This document shows, in pieces, positions 19,404 through 29,744 of a DNA stretch of 47,146 nucleotides. Each line of letters starts with the position of its first letter. The first letter of the stretch is position 1. The translations under genes were made by a program, and so were the position numbers. A model generated the notes under the pieces. That model was not told the origin of the DNA. It ran no database searches and was given only the letters and a program-made list of their open reading frames with translations. Source of the DNA: Candidatus Uhrbacteria bacterium GW2011_GWC2_41_11 (GTDB lineage Bacteria; Patescibacteriota; Patescibacteriia; UBA9934; GWF2-40-263); contig LCAH01000005.1 of assembly GCA_000996355.1 (NCBI GenBank), forward strand, positions 1-47,146, in the 5' to 3' direction.

Positions 19404-20828
19404 TTAAGAAACGGGATGTGCGTCTGCAGCAGCCATAGCCACCGCTTCAGAAAATGTCGGAAATGCATGAATCATATTGGCAAGATTATCAACAGATGCT
19501 TCCACGTGCATAGCTAAAGCAATCTCATGAATCACTTCACCTGCAGCTTCCCCAACCACGTGACCTCCCAAAATTTTTCGCGTTTTTCCATGAACAATTA
19601 TTTTTACAAAACCTGAACGGACTGATTCTGGAATAGAGTGATCCGATCCACTTGTATTGGCTTTTCCAACGAATACATGTTTGTAATTTTTTTGAGCTTC
19701 TTTTTCTGTAAACCCAACCGAAGCAACTTCCGGATGAGTAAATGTCACGCGCGGAATGACATCAGTGTCCATTTCCAAAAATCCGCTGCGTTTACGCAAC
19801 ACATTTCTGGCAGCATTTGTTCCCGCAATAAATCCTTCACGGGAAGCAACATGGGTAAACAAATAGGAACTTGAAACATCTCCTGCAGCAAAAATATTTT
19901 TTATTGATGTATGTTGTTCTGCATCAACAGAAAAATGTCCATGTACATCAAGAGACAAACCTATATTTTCAACATGAAGTGATTCAAGAGCTGGCTGTTT
20001 TCCAGCTGCAAGAAAAATTTGTTTGACCGCAACGGTTTGTGTTTCTGTTCCGTGACAAACCTCTAACCCATACACCCCTCCACGTGCAGCCCATACACGA
20101 TTTATCGTTGCATGAGTCAATACTTCCACATCACGTGATTCCAGAGTCTCTTGAACTATTTGTGAAATTTCTTCATCTTCACGATGAAGAAGAACAGGGG
20201 CAGATTGAATAAGAACCACGCGACTGCCAAGCGAAGAAAAAAACGTCGCAAACTCACACCCGACCGGACCTCCGCCAATAATCGCAATCGCACTGGGAAG
20301 TTCCGACAAAGAAAGAACATCTTTGTATGTCAGATAAGGAATATCTATAAGACCAGGAATTAGTGGAACAAATGGGACACTTCCCGAGGCAATAACAAAT
20401 GCTTTTGCTTTGATAACTCGCACTCCTTGAGACGTTTTTATCTCAATAGTTTGTGCATCCACAAAAGAAGCAGAACCAAATTCCAAATGGATATGTAATC
20501 GGTTTGCCATTTCAAGATATCGATCTCCTATTTTTCCTCCTCCTGTGATTGATTCGACCACTTTTTTTTGATAGGCAAGAATCTGCGGAAAAGAAAAACT
20601 TGAACCGGAAACCTGTAGTCCAAAATCACGTACATTTCGTACGTTTCTCCAAACGTCTGCCACTTTCAACAATGCTTTACTTGGAACACATGCGGAGTTT
20701 GGACATTCCCCGCCTAATTTTCCGGATTCAACAAGACACACAGATACACCTTGTTTTCGTGCTGCCTCTGCTGCCGCAAAACCAGCAGAACCGGCTCCAA
20801 TCACGATTACATCGTACGAAGAAGACAT
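19404..20828 (-). CDS. Pyridine nucleotide-disulfide oxidoreductase (dihydrolipoamide dehydrogenase/MerA-like)
   Basis: GAGSAG, GGECPNSACVPSK, GGGPVG, AAGD, HAFPTFSE. Confidence 0.92.
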   Translation of the reverse strand: MSSSYDVIVIGAGSAGFAAAEAARKQGVSVCLVESGKLGGECPNSACVPSKALLKVADVWRNVRNVRDFGLQVSGSSFSFPQILAYQKKVVESITGGGKIGDRYLEMANRLHIHLEFGSASFVDAQTIEIKTSQGVRVIKAKAFVIASGSVPFVPLIPGLIDIPYLTYKDVLSLSELPSAIAIIGGGPVGCEFATFFSSLGSRVVLIQSAPVLLHREDEEISQIVQETLESRDVEVLTHATINRVWAARGGVYGLEVCHGTETQTVAVKQIFLAAGKQPALESLHVENIGLSLDVHGHFSVDAEQHTSIKNIFAAGDVSSSYLFTHVASREGFIAGTNAARNVLRKRSGFLEMDTDVIPRVTFTHPEVASVGFTEKEAQKNYKHVFVGKANTSGSDHSIPESVRSGFVKIIVHGKTRKILGGHVVGEAAGEVIHEIALAMHVEASVDNLANMIHAFPTFSEAVAMAAADAHPVS

Positions 20829-20844
20829 ACGCTACTCTATTTAG

Positions 20845-21861
20845 CTATTGACCAAAATTGGATTCGATTTCTTTTTTTCCCGCTTCCCAAAGTTCTGAAT
20901 TTCCCTGTTGTTTTTCTGCAAACCACCATTCCACTCCCCAAAGATAGACTTCCGAAAATTCGGCACGAGATGCAAAACGCATATTTTGTTCCAATTGATG
21001 CGAATCAAATGCTTGTCTTTTTTCCTCTCGACTCATTTCACTCAACGGTTTGCGAAGCCATGGTTCAACCTGAAGCTCAGAAATAAATGTCTGACGTCCA
21101 AATAAATGAAGAATCATTGCTCGAATACGATAAAAGTCTGTCACAGCTGCATACAACCCATATCCATACCAGGAATTCCATGTGACTCGATACATGGAAA
21201 TACCCAACATGTTTACCGAAATTGCAGGCGGAATCCACGGTTCCAATTCTCCACTCACGGTCACAACCAACGGACGATAATCCAAATTTTCTACAAGACG
21301 CACTTCTTTTTGAAAAAGAGCGAAATCCGGTTCCGGACAAATACCAAAGGGAAAAAAAGGTTCATTTTCCACTTGCCAACGTTCAACAACAGATCGTTTC
21401 TGATATCGTTTTACCGTGGTCTCAATCGTATTCAATAATGCGTGCTGCGCTTGAGATGATTCCATGCGTTCCGCCCAATCTGGAATAAAACATTCGGGCC
21501 AACGCGGAACTTTGCGCCCAGTCACCAAAGTCACTTTGACTCCCCGTTTTTCCGCTTCATCCAACATCCAATCAATGGATTTCCAATCATAGACTCCTTG
21601 TTTTATTTCAACTTCGGACCAATAAACGGGAATACGTAATTTTTGAATATGTAATTCATCTAAAACAGCAATGTAAGTTTCCCGCCAATCAAGACCAAGT
21701 TGCTCTGCATACAAAGAACTGAATGTCGCTCCCCAAATAGGACGTATCGAAACACTTGAAAACCAAAAAATTCTTGCGGCAGCAAAGAAAAAAACAATCA
21801 ACGCCGTAAAAAAAAGAAAAAAACGTATTCCATGATCCAGAGAGCGTTTGGGAAGAACCAT
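20845..21861 (-). CDS. Membrane-anchored clan GH-A glycoside hydrolase (GH42/GH5-like)
   Basis: N-terminal TM, RIPVYWSEVE, WQVENEP, ISELQ. Confidence 0.8.
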   Translation of the reverse strand: MVLPKRSLDHGIRFFLFFTALIVFFFAAARIFWFSSVSIRPIWGATFSSLYAEQLGLDWRETYIAVLDELHIQKLRIPVYWSEVEIKQGVYDWKSIDWMLDEAEKRGVKVTLVTGRKVPRWPECFIPDWAERMESSQAQHALLNTIETTVKRYQKRSVVERWQVENEPFFPFGICPEPDFALFQKEVRLVENLDYRPLVVTVSGELEPWIPPAISVNMLGISMYRVTWNSWYGYGLYAAVTDFYRIRAMILHLFGRQTFISELQVEPWLRKPLSEMSREEKRQAFDSHQLEQNMRFASRAEFSEVYLWGVEWWFAEKQQGNSELWEAGKKEIESNFGQ

Positions 21862-21868
21862 AGAGATA

Positions 21869-23437
21869 TCAGATTTCTTCCCGTTTTTCTCGCAAAAAAG
21901 CAAACCACCCTTCAATCAGACGAATCGCAGATTTAAACGGCGCTTCAATAATAAAATCAAAAAAGAAAAGAAAAATATTAATGCGCGGAGCACGCATACT
22001 CACCCATCGTCCGAGACGTACGATCGGAAGAAGAAAAAGATCAAATAAAATACTCCATATATTTGTTCCTGTCTCAAACATCACGAGTTCACGGCGACTT
22101 CCGCGAATTTTCAATCCAAAAAATGTGACAAGACTCAAGAAAAAAAGAAAAAAGGTAATCGAAAGCGCATTAAAATGAAATTCTTTTAACACACGAATAA
22201 TGACACTCACCGAGACAATAAACATGACCCCGTATAACACATCAAAAATGGTACGAGGTACTCCTTTTGCCCATCGTCGAACAGGAGAAAAACGCAGTTT
22301 TACAGGCTCATCCATTCCGACGATTGATCGAAGAGCCGCATAAACGACAACGGTATTTTTTTGTTCCGGAATACGAACAGTCAATCCGATCATTCCGAGC
22401 AAAAGAGGATGAAAAATAATATTCGTAGCTAACGGATAAAAATTCGTTGTTTTGGCTACCGCAAAATCGTATGGAAGTTCAATGATGAGCGCCAAAACGG
22501 TCTTGGTAAAAAAAAGAAATGCAACTGCACGCAAAACACTTCGACGGATTTTTGTCTGAAAACGATCATAACGAGCGGTACAAGCAATCGTTATTTCTTT
22601 TTGAAAATGCTTGGAATCTGCAAGAAGATCTTCAAACTGAAAGGCATGTTTTGTCACCAAATCTCCCAAAATATGATAAGCGACCGCTTGACGCTGAATC
22701 AGTCGAAATAATCGATGTGCGGCTGGATGATGAATCTGACGTTCCACTGCTTCCATGATATCTGACAAATGACCAGCGACTGTTTCTCTCACTTTCTCAT
22801 CTGGAGATTTAACCCATTCTGGGTAATACAATGTAAACAATCGAAAACGAAGCGTGGCTACATTGGATTTCATGATTGCTCGATGAACAGCCAAATACAG
22901 CTGCAAATCATGATCTTCTGATTTTACAGAATGGGCTGCCCATTCCAAACGAAATTTCAAATCTTGATAACAAAAACTTGCCAACGACTCTTCAACAAGA
23001 GGCGGGCATAATTGATATTCCAATTCAGCAGACAAAAGGTCAAATAACCAAGCTATTGTTCGCGCTCGACCACGTCCCAGGTCTTCTGCACGCAAAAAAA
23101 GCGGCTGATATTTATGGAGGGTGCAAGAAATATCTCCAATAGCCGTCACAGGAATACCTTTATTCGGCAAATAACGAGCCCAAATCAATTCGTGCAACAA
23201 ATCCGCTCCAAGACGTTCCCATGATTCCTCCCCCCAGCGACGTTTCAAAATGCGACGAATGGCATTGCGACGCAACAAATGTTCTTCATCGTACTCTAAC
23301 GAATTGCGAATCGTTTCATAAAACGCCGCGGCCGCAGAAACCGTTTCACTCAAGGTGATCATTTCTCCCTCTGATGGCTTGGATTGTTGTGTACGCTGAA
23401 CTGTTGAAATAAGCGCTTGAAGAAATCGATCATTCAT
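21869..23437 (-). CDS. Conserved-looking hypothetical multi-pass membrane protein
   Basis: 522 aa, soluble helical N-terminus (EEHLLRRNAIRRIL) and several C-terminal TMs. Confidence 0.8.
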   Translation of the reverse strand: MNDRFLQALISTVQRTQQSKPSEGEMITLSETVSAAAAFYETIRNSLEYDEEHLLRRNAIRRILKRRWGEESWERLGADLLHELIWARYLPNKGIPVTAIGDISCTLHKYQPLFLRAEDLGRGRARTIAWLFDLLSAELEYQLCPPLVEESLASFCYQDLKFRLEWAAHSVKSEDHDLQLYLAVHRAIMKSNVATLRFRLFTLYYPEWVKSPDEKVRETVAGHLSDIMEAVERQIHHPAAHRLFRLIQRQAVAYHILGDLVTKHAFQFEDLLADSKHFQKEITIACTARYDRFQTKIRRSVLRAVAFLFFTKTVLALIIELPYDFAVAKTTNFYPLATNIIFHPLLLGMIGLTVRIPEQKNTVVVYAALRSIVGMDEPVKLRFSPVRRWAKGVPRTIFDVLYGVMFIVSVSVIIRVLKEFHFNALSITFFLFFLSLVTFFGLKIRGSRRELVMFETGTNIWSILFDLFLLPIVRLGRWVSMRAPRINIFLFFFDFIIEAPFKSAIRLIEGWFAFLREKREEI

Positions 23438-23504
23438 ATCACTTGAATATTCTACGAAAAAAATCAGGAAAATACCAGGAAAACCTTTCGATATCCTGAT
23501 GATT

Positions 23505-25103
23505 TTAATCCCCTGATTCTAAACAACGTAAAAAAAATCGAACTTTATCAGATTGAGTGTTGATAAAAAGATCATCCGGATTCTTGTGATACATACGACG
23601 AATAGCTCCTCGTATTCGATTTCGAATATCTGCAAAATTTATATCAGAAAAAATTGTCTTCACCATTTCTTCAAAAAAAATCTTTTTTTGAATTCCTAAT
23701 AAACCAGGAGCAAATAAACTAATCATAAACTCCTCTGCAAAAGCCTCAGAAAGATACGTCTTATATTCCTTTGGATTTTCCATTGAAAAAAAACGATGAG
23801 CTTCAGCATATGCGGAAAGATCAGACTTCTCACATGAAATTAAAACAAGATAACGATCAAGCCATTCAAAATTCTTTAAATCTGCCCGCAAAAATGATTC
23901 AAACGCATGACCAACTTCGTGTAAAAGAGTTGTGAGAATGTCCTTGTCTGGATTCAAACCTGAGACAATCCACACATCTGCAGATCCAGTAAAAAATCCA
24001 CGACCCAAAATATCTTGTTTCTTTTTCAAACATATGGAATGAACAAGTCTTTTTAATAAAGGTTCAAGACCTGTTGTTTGAACGAGGTGTTTTGTTTCTT
24101 CGAGACGTCGATCAAGGATTTCTTCGTCCGCAAGAATGGGCACAAATTCACGTTTTTCAAGAGTGGAAAAAAATTCAGGTCCTTTCACAGAAACACGATC
24201 CCAACTTCCACTCAATTCAATGATGGATTTCAATTGATTCTCATCTTTTATAAAAGATGAGAGTTGTTTCTCAGAAAAATTTTGTTCCAAAGCATGAAGA
24301 AAAGAAGGACGCTTAAAAAACAATTTCATAATAGAGTCCGCTACCTTTTCCGATATTTCTTCGGATGGGTAAAAACGTTTTACCCAAGATAAACGAGTTT
24401 GAAGATCAGAATCATTCTCTTTTATTTCGTAAGAATCAATAAGAAACGAATAAACAATTCGTTGTTGTATTGGAGAAAAATGAAAAGAATCTACCAATGT
24501 ATGTATCTCATCTGAACTGAAAAAAAATGTATTTATTCCCTTATCTCCATAAGGAATAACAAGCCAATCTGGATTATAAGAATCTTTTCTCTGTTCAAAC
24601 CATTGTTTAAAATCATTTTCTTGAAATTTTTTAATCAATCTGTCCGAAAAAATGGCTTCAAAAAGTTTAAAATTACATTCTTTTACAAAATCTAACCATT
24701 CTGCTGATTTTATAACTTTTTCATTTCCCTCGAGAACAAAATCATATTTATACATGGGAATAATCTTTTTCAAACCAACGGTCTTAGCCAGACTCAAAAA
24801 AAATAAAAAAGTATATTCTTGTTCACAAAAAAAGGAAATAAGATAAGAAACATTTTCCTGGGATAAATCAAGATATGTTTCTTTTGAACTTATTTCCTCG
24901 ATTTTTTTTATTCTCTGCTTCACTAATTGCCATTTTTCACCACGAACTTCTTGATGAAAAAGTTGTATGCATTCTGTTTTTGAACCTGAAGAAAAGAGAG
25001 AACAAAAAGATGCTGCCACCTGATCTTTTTCTGCTGTACTTTCATTTTTTCCCTCATATTGATTTGGAACATTCCCTCCATATTCCCCTTTTTCTTCAAT
25101 CAT
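23505..25103 (-). CDS. Hypothetical protein with C-terminal HEXXH zinc-peptidase-like domain
   Basis: LLHEVGHAF followed by YA...SEAFAEEF. Confidence 0.65.
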   Translation of the reverse strand: MIEEKGEYGGNVPNQYEGKNESTAEKDQVAASFCSLFSSGSKTECIQLFHQEVRGEKWQLVKQRIKKIEEISSKETYLDLSQENVSYLISFFCEQEYTFLFFLSLAKTVGLKKIIPMYKYDFVLEGNEKVIKSAEWLDFVKECNFKLFEAIFSDRLIKKFQENDFKQWFEQRKDSYNPDWLVIPYGDKGINTFFFSSDEIHTLVDSFHFSPIQQRIVYSFLIDSYEIKENDSDLQTRLSWVKRFYPSEEISEKVADSIMKLFFKRPSFLHALEQNFSEKQLSSFIKDENQLKSIIELSGSWDRVSVKGPEFFSTLEKREFVPILADEEILDRRLEETKHLVQTTGLEPLLKRLVHSICLKKKQDILGRGFFTGSADVWIVSGLNPDKDILTTLLHEVGHAFESFLRADLKNFEWLDRYLVLISCEKSDLSAYAEAHRFFSMENPKEYKTYLSEAFAEEFMISLFAPGLLGIQKKIFFEEMVKTIFSDINFADIRNRIRGAIRRMYHKNPDDLFINTQSDKVRFFLRCLESGD

Positions 25104-25114
25104 ATCTTCTTTAC

Positions 25115-26428
25115 TTAAACAATCAACGGTAGAGTTGGTAACTCACTCTTCACTCCTAACATAATGTCCTCAATACGATACGTTCCATGAGTGGGCGCTT
25201 CAATATACCCACTCCAAGCCATGCGTGCCATTCCCCCAGATCGAATCCAGTCAAAGAGCCACTCATTTGTATATTTTGGATCATTCTGCGGAATACCTCC
25301 CCCCACATATTGCAACCAAAGACGATTAAAATCTTCTTGTGAACCAATAGGAGGAGCAATCACAATCGGAAGACCAAGGCCAGTATAAAAAGAAAGCTCA
25401 CTTGGTTTTGTCCAAAGAATGTCCGTTGTTTTGAGAATTTCTGAGAAACCAGAAAAGTATTCATACCGGGATGTAAATTTTGGAATCTGAACCCAGGTTC
25501 CAAGCTGTTCTCTTAAACCCATCTGTATGGCCGACTCCTTAAAATAGGCAACAATGTCCGGTCTTGGACCAGCAACAAGAATCAAACGCATTTCCTGACG
25601 AATAATATTTCCGTGCAGACTTTCGAGAATTTGTGTTGCTAAATGACGTTGAGCCCCTGCTCCTCCAACCGTATATGTGAGAGTGATAGGTTCGTGAGAA
25701 GGCGGTTCGCACCGATATTGTCCAAGCCCAGCTTGCAGGGTACGTCGATAACGTTCCGCAAAAATCCCTTTCGGATCTAATCGACAGATACGAGCAGCTA
25801 AATCTCTTTTCAATACCTGAGCTTTTGGTCCGCCAATCAATTCTTTTGGCAAGGGAAATCCGGTAAGAAAAATATTTTCTTCTCGGACGCCGTATAATTT
25901 TAACCGTTCCACGACTCGACCATTACTGGCAAAATATTTAATACGTGAACGCTTTGGATCCAGAGGAGCCCAGGTACGACTCACATCTGCATCCGTAGTC
26001 ACACAATAAATTTCTCCGGGATAATCGTAATATTCTGCGGCAAATGCTGGGAGAAAAAAAGTGGTAACAAGTGGAACAGGATGTGTGGCTAAACGTGCAA
26101 CAAGATGACGTCCGAGACCTTGTTTGATGTGATGATAAATCTGCCGCAGTTGAAGATTGGGTTTTGAAAGATCGCGGCGCGGATAAAACTTTGGAATTTC
26201 CTGCCAATGATCAAGGGCCTCAAACAAAAAAGAACCAACAATCGGAACAGGTTTGATGCGGGAAATGGTTTCATACACTTCCCGACTTTGTTTCCAAAGT
26301 TTCCGATCACCTGCAGGAATTCCAGAATAATCATTCGCGGAAAGGACTTGCCCGCCAGACAGATCACGCAACGCATAGGCAGCACGACTGTGACCATATC
26401 CCATGTTTACATCAACCACCCATGCCAA
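25115..26428 (-). CDS. GT-B fold glycosyltransferase-like protein (MGDG synthase/UgtP-like)
   Basis: MGYGHSRAA, VTTD, TGFP, GGAG, TKPSEL...GLP...PIGSQE. Start codon uncertain. Confidence 0.65.
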   Translation of the reverse strand: MAWVVDVNMGYGHSRAAYALRDLSGGQVLSANDYSGIPAGDRKLWKQSREVYETISRIKPVPIVGSFLFEALDHWQEIPKFYPRRDLSKPNLQLRQIYHHIKQGLGRHLVARLATHPVPLVTTFFLPAFAAEYYDYPGEIYCVTTDADVSRTWAPLDPKRSRIKYFASNGRVVERLKLYGVREENIFLTGFPLPKELIGGPKAQVLKRDLAARICRLDPKGIFAERYRRTLQAGLGQYRCEPPSHEPITLTYTVGGAGAQRHLATQILESLHGNIIRQEMRLILVAGPRPDIVAYFKESAIQMGLREQLGTWVQIPKFTSRYEYFSGFSEILKTTDILWTKPSELSFYTGLGLPIVIAPPIGSQEDFNRLWLQYVGGGIPQNDPKYTNEWLFDWIRSGGMARMAWSGYIEAPTHGTYRIEDIMLGVKSELPTLPLIV

Positions 26429-26477
26429 AACATCTTTGGTTGAAAAAATATGATGATTCGTATGAAAAAAATTACGA

Positions 26478-27227
26478 TTAAAAAAAGGTTCGTTCTTTTG
26501 AGTTTTTTAAAAGGCTAAATGTTTCCTCGGCTGTATCAACCACTGAATACAGTTCCAAATCTTTGGATGCAATTGTTTTATATGTTTCCAACATATACTT
26601 TCGCACCCAAACAAATAACGGATCCCAAAAATCCTTTCCAACACAAATCACTGGAATTCGCTGCGCTTTTCCTGTTTGAATAAGCGTGATCATTTCAAAA
26701 AATTCATCCATGGTTCCAAATCCTCCAGGGAAAAAAACATAGGCCTGTGCGGAAGCAGCAAGCATGACTTTACGCGTGAAAAAATAATGGAATCCCCGAC
26801 CTCGATGCACATACGGATTAATACGCTGTTCTGTTGGAAGCTGAATATTCAGACCGATTGATTCTCCACCTGCCTCAACCGCTCCTTTATTTGCTCCTTC
26901 CATGACACCGGGACCACCTCCTGTAATCACGGTAAATCCGCCTTTTGCAAGTAAACGACCAAGCTTCTCCGCTTCTTTATACCATTTTGTCTCACTCGGA
27001 AATCTTGCAGAACCAAAGATAGTCACCTCACGGGAAGATTCTGAAAGAAACTGAAATCCTTCCACAAATTCGGCCATAATCCGAAAAATACGCCAAGTAA
27101 TATCAGCCATTTTTGGCGGTTCTTTCGGAGAAGAAGTGATCACTTCTGTGTGCGACAAAGGAATACGGCACAAACCTTCCATGTGGTTGGATTTTTTTTT
27201 GGATGAAAATGAAATTTGTTTAGACAT
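26478..27227 (-). CDS. LOG family protein (TIGR00730 Rossmann fold)
   Basis: VTIFGSAR, TGGGPGVMEGANKGA, FFTRKVM, FPGGFGTMDE. Start reset to MSKQ. Confidence 0.92.
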   Translation of the reverse strand: MSKQISFSSKKKSNHMEGLCRIPLSHTEVITSSPKEPPKMADITWRIFRIMAEFVEGFQFLSESSREVTIFGSARFPSETKWYKEAEKLGRLLAKGGFTVITGGGPGVMEGANKGAVEAGGESIGLNIQLPTEQRINPYVHRGRGFHYFFTRKVMLAASAQAYVFFPGGFGTMDEFFEMITLIQTGKAQRIPVICVGKDFWDPLFVWVRKYMLETYKTIASKDLELYSVVDTAEETFSLLKNSKERTFF

Positions 27228-27261
27228 AATCATGAGTATCTTAACATAAACACCACAAGAC

Positions 27262-27296
27262 AAAAAGTCGACCAGCATCATGCGGTCGACTTTTTT
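27262..27296. terminator. Bidirectional-type terminator after the ECF operon
   Basis: aaaaagtcgacc/ggtcgacttttt stem. Confidence 0.65.
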
Positions 27297-27330
27297 CTTT
27301 TCAAAAAAGGACGTGTAATAATCCCCTCTT

Positions 27331-27810
27331 TCAAAACGAAACAAAGTCTTCTTGTGGATGAGACGTAAAAAATCCGGCAGGAACGATAACAGGAGCTTCA
27401 AATTTTCCTGTATGATCCAAAAATAAACCATTCATATCTTCAAGCGGTCTCATTGAGTCAGTTTCTTCTGCAAGAGAAACCAAAGAAGATTTTTCTAAAA
27501 ATTGGATAGATATTTCTTCAGGAACTGTTCCTTCTCCTCCAAAAGAAAGTGTGGTAACCATCACAACAGCAACAACCATTCCTCCCATCAGAAAAGGAAT
27601 ACTTGTCTGAATAACCCTCACCCACACCAATGAAAAAAAAGTTGAATGAGCCGCAAATGGACTATTTAGAAGCGCACGCCGCAATGCATACCGATGTTGC
27701 ACATCCTCTTGGAGTGCCTCTTGTGTCTGAATGCATTCGAGGAGATGTTCAAGATTTGGAGGATGTTGGTATAGCATAAAAATGAGACGTGGGGTGTTTT
27801 TTTTCTTCAT
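27331..27810 (-). CDS. Putative anti-sigma factor (single TM)
   Basis: Overlaps the sigma 3' end. HRYALRRALL helix, then a TM. Confidence 0.6.
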   Translation of the reverse strand: MKKKNTPRLIFMLYQHPPNLEHLLECIQTQEALQEDVQHRYALRRALLNSPFAAHSTFFSLVWVRVIQTSIPFLMGGMVVAVVMVTTLSFGGEGTVPEEISIQFLEKSSLVSLAEETDSMRPLEDMNGLFLDHTGKFEAPVIVPAGFFTSHPQEDFVSF

Positions 27811-28387
27811 CCAAAGACTCTATCTCGGTCATAAGGACATAAAGTTTTTTCACGGCACGATGGATGTGTGATTTTACTGTCGATTCCTTCATGTTCATTG
27901 TTTGAGCAATTTCTGCAAGAGACAATTTGGAAAAATAACGTAAACCCAAAATATTTTGCTGTTTTTGATTGAGTTTTGTTATGTGATATCGTAATTTTTG
28001 CATTTGTTGATTTTCTTCTTCCTGATCTTCTGTTTGTTGATAGGCAACATCTGGACGATACGATTCTTCCGCAGCAATCTCAGGTGATGATTCTAAAAGA
28101 AGGGGAAAAATCTGCACACGATATCGATAATAATTTCCCATTTGAGCAACCGCGATCGCAAAAAGCCAACACACAAACGGTTTCCCCGGACGAGGTTTAT
28201 ATCGGCGAATGTTTTTCAATGCATGAAAAAAAGTTTCACTTGTCAAATCTTTTGCTGTTTCGACATTTCCCGTCCGCCGCAAGAGAAACCCAAAGATCGG
28301 CTGGTAGTATATGTCATACAACCGACCGAATGCCTCTGGGTCATATTGGGCATGAGCTACCACCTCACTTTCTTCTTTATGTTCCAT
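27749..28387 (-). CDS. ECF sigma factor
   Basis: AFGRLYDIY, AKDLTSETFF, WLFAIA, SLAEIAQTM...TVKSHIHRA. Confidence 0.93.
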   Translation of the reverse strand: MEHKEESEVVAHAQYDPEAFGRLYDIYYQPIFGFLLRRTGNVETAKDLTSETFFHALKNIRRYKPRPGKPFVCWLFAIAVAQMGNYYRYRVQIFPLLLESSPEIAAEESYRPDVAYQQTEDQEEENQQMQKLRYHITKLNQKQQNILGLRYFSKLSLAEIAQTMNMKESTVKSHIHRAVKKLYVLMTEIESLDEEKKHPTSHFYAIPTSSKS

Positions 28388-28519
28388 AAAAAATGGAAGA
28401 CCTCAGAAAATCTTCGTGCATTTTTCAGAGGTCTTCCAAAAATAAAACTTGGCGACCTTTTCTATGAAGTTTATCGTTCAAAGTCAAAAAAAGTTGCACC
28501 TCTTTTTTTTATAGAAAAA

Positions 28520-28960
28520 TCACTTGCGTCGATATTTCCCTATAAGTTCCGCTTTTGCAATCACATTCGGTTCAATCAAAGCAAAAAAATGTTCCGCATT
28601 CACTCCTTCCACTCGCTCCATATTCAATCCGTAAAGAGTAAAAACATATCGATGTGTCCCTTTTGACGGACACGGTCCCCCATACCCACGTTTTCCAAAA
28701 TCATTTGCAAGTTCCTCTCCACCTGTCCGACCTCCTTGTGCCACCTCTCGAACAGACACCGGAATATTCACCACAAACCAATGGATAAACTGACCGGATG
28801 GAGAATCCGGATCCATACAAGACAATGCAAAACTTTTTACTCCTTCGGGGACATCTCCCCATTCTAAATGAGGCGCCACATCTGCCCCATCACAGGTATG
28901 AAGCACGGGAATAGAACCGTTTGGTTTGAAATCAACACTTTGAAGAAACATAACAATCAA
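28520..28960 (-). CDS. YbhB/YbcL PEBP (Raf kinase inhibitor-like) protein
   Basis: DPDSP, FIHW, YGGPCP, HRYVFTLY. Confidence 0.93.
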   Translation of the reverse strand: MIVMFLQSVDFKPNGSIPVLHTCDGADVAPHLEWGDVPEGVKSFALSCMDPDSPSGQFIHWFVVNIPVSVREVAQGGRTGGEELANDFGKRGYGGPCPSKGTHRYVFTLYGLNMERVEGVNAEHFFALIEPNVIAKAELIGKYRRK

Positions 28961-29604
28961 TGCATTTTTGCTTTTTTCTCTTCATGACGTGTTTTTAACT
29001 GAGAGAGAAATATCTCATCTTCCTCCAAAAATGATTGAATCTTTTTCACACAAAATTTAGATTCTTCTGATTTTTCAAGCCAATCAAAACAATGAGTACG
29101 AACATCTGCATTTCCCCGTAAAAAATCCGTCAATTTCTTTCCATATTTTTCTTCCCATTCATCAACAAATTCCTTTGTGGGAGGTTCCGATACCCACCCA
29201 TATCTTGCAGAGACATAGGCAAATATGACTTTTTTTTCCTTAAGGAATTCTGCAATTTTTTCAACAGAATCTTGTAATTCTTCGTGCATGGCATCCAAAA
29301 ATGGCTTAAGAATTTTTCGATCAAATGTTGATTTTAATATTTCGGAAGGATTCAAGGCAAAACGATCTGCATTCTTCTGATAAAATTCACGAGCGCGGGA
29401 ACCATAATTTTCTGCCCAAATCTGCAAAACAATATTCAGATCATCCATAAAATTTGCAACAAGACGCCCTGCATCTATTGCTTGAATCTTCCCAAACACA
29501 ACAAGACGATCCGCTTCTCTTTTCTCTCCGGGTGTAAGAATCAATGGTTCTTGTTTCGCTCTAATAAAATCATCAATTCCTTCGTGAGGCATGTCATTCA
29601 TCAT
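28957..29604 (-). CDS. Hypothetical protein
   Basis: 215-aa helical ORF coupled to the PEBP gene. Confidence 0.7.
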   Translation of the reverse strand: MMNDMPHEGIDDFIRAKQEPLILTPGEKREADRLVVFGKIQAIDAGRLVANFMDDLNIVLQIWAENYGSRAREFYQKNADRFALNPSEILKSTFDRKILKPFLDAMHEELQDSVEKIAEFLKEKKVIFAYVSARYGWVSEPPTKEFVDEWEEKYGKKLTDFLRGNADVRTHCFDWLEKSEESKFCVKKIQSFLEEDEIFLSQLKTRHEEKKAKMH

Positions 29605-29744
29605 ATAAATAAAACTTTTTTCTTATTGTAATGAAAAACATATTCCTTGTCCAAAATGTCTTTTTCTCTTGACAAAAACCAAAAATGTTCTAGGATTTAA
29701 AAAGATCTTTTTTGTTCTTTTTCTTTCGACGAAAGGAGAGATAC

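Noticed and set aside
19404-20828. Mercuric reductase merA
   Set aside because: Lacks the C-terminal Cys-Cys pair and any mer operon context
27228-27431. N-terminal extension of LOG overlapping the anti-sigma gene
   Set aside because: Spans a terminator hairpin. The true start is likely 27227 or later
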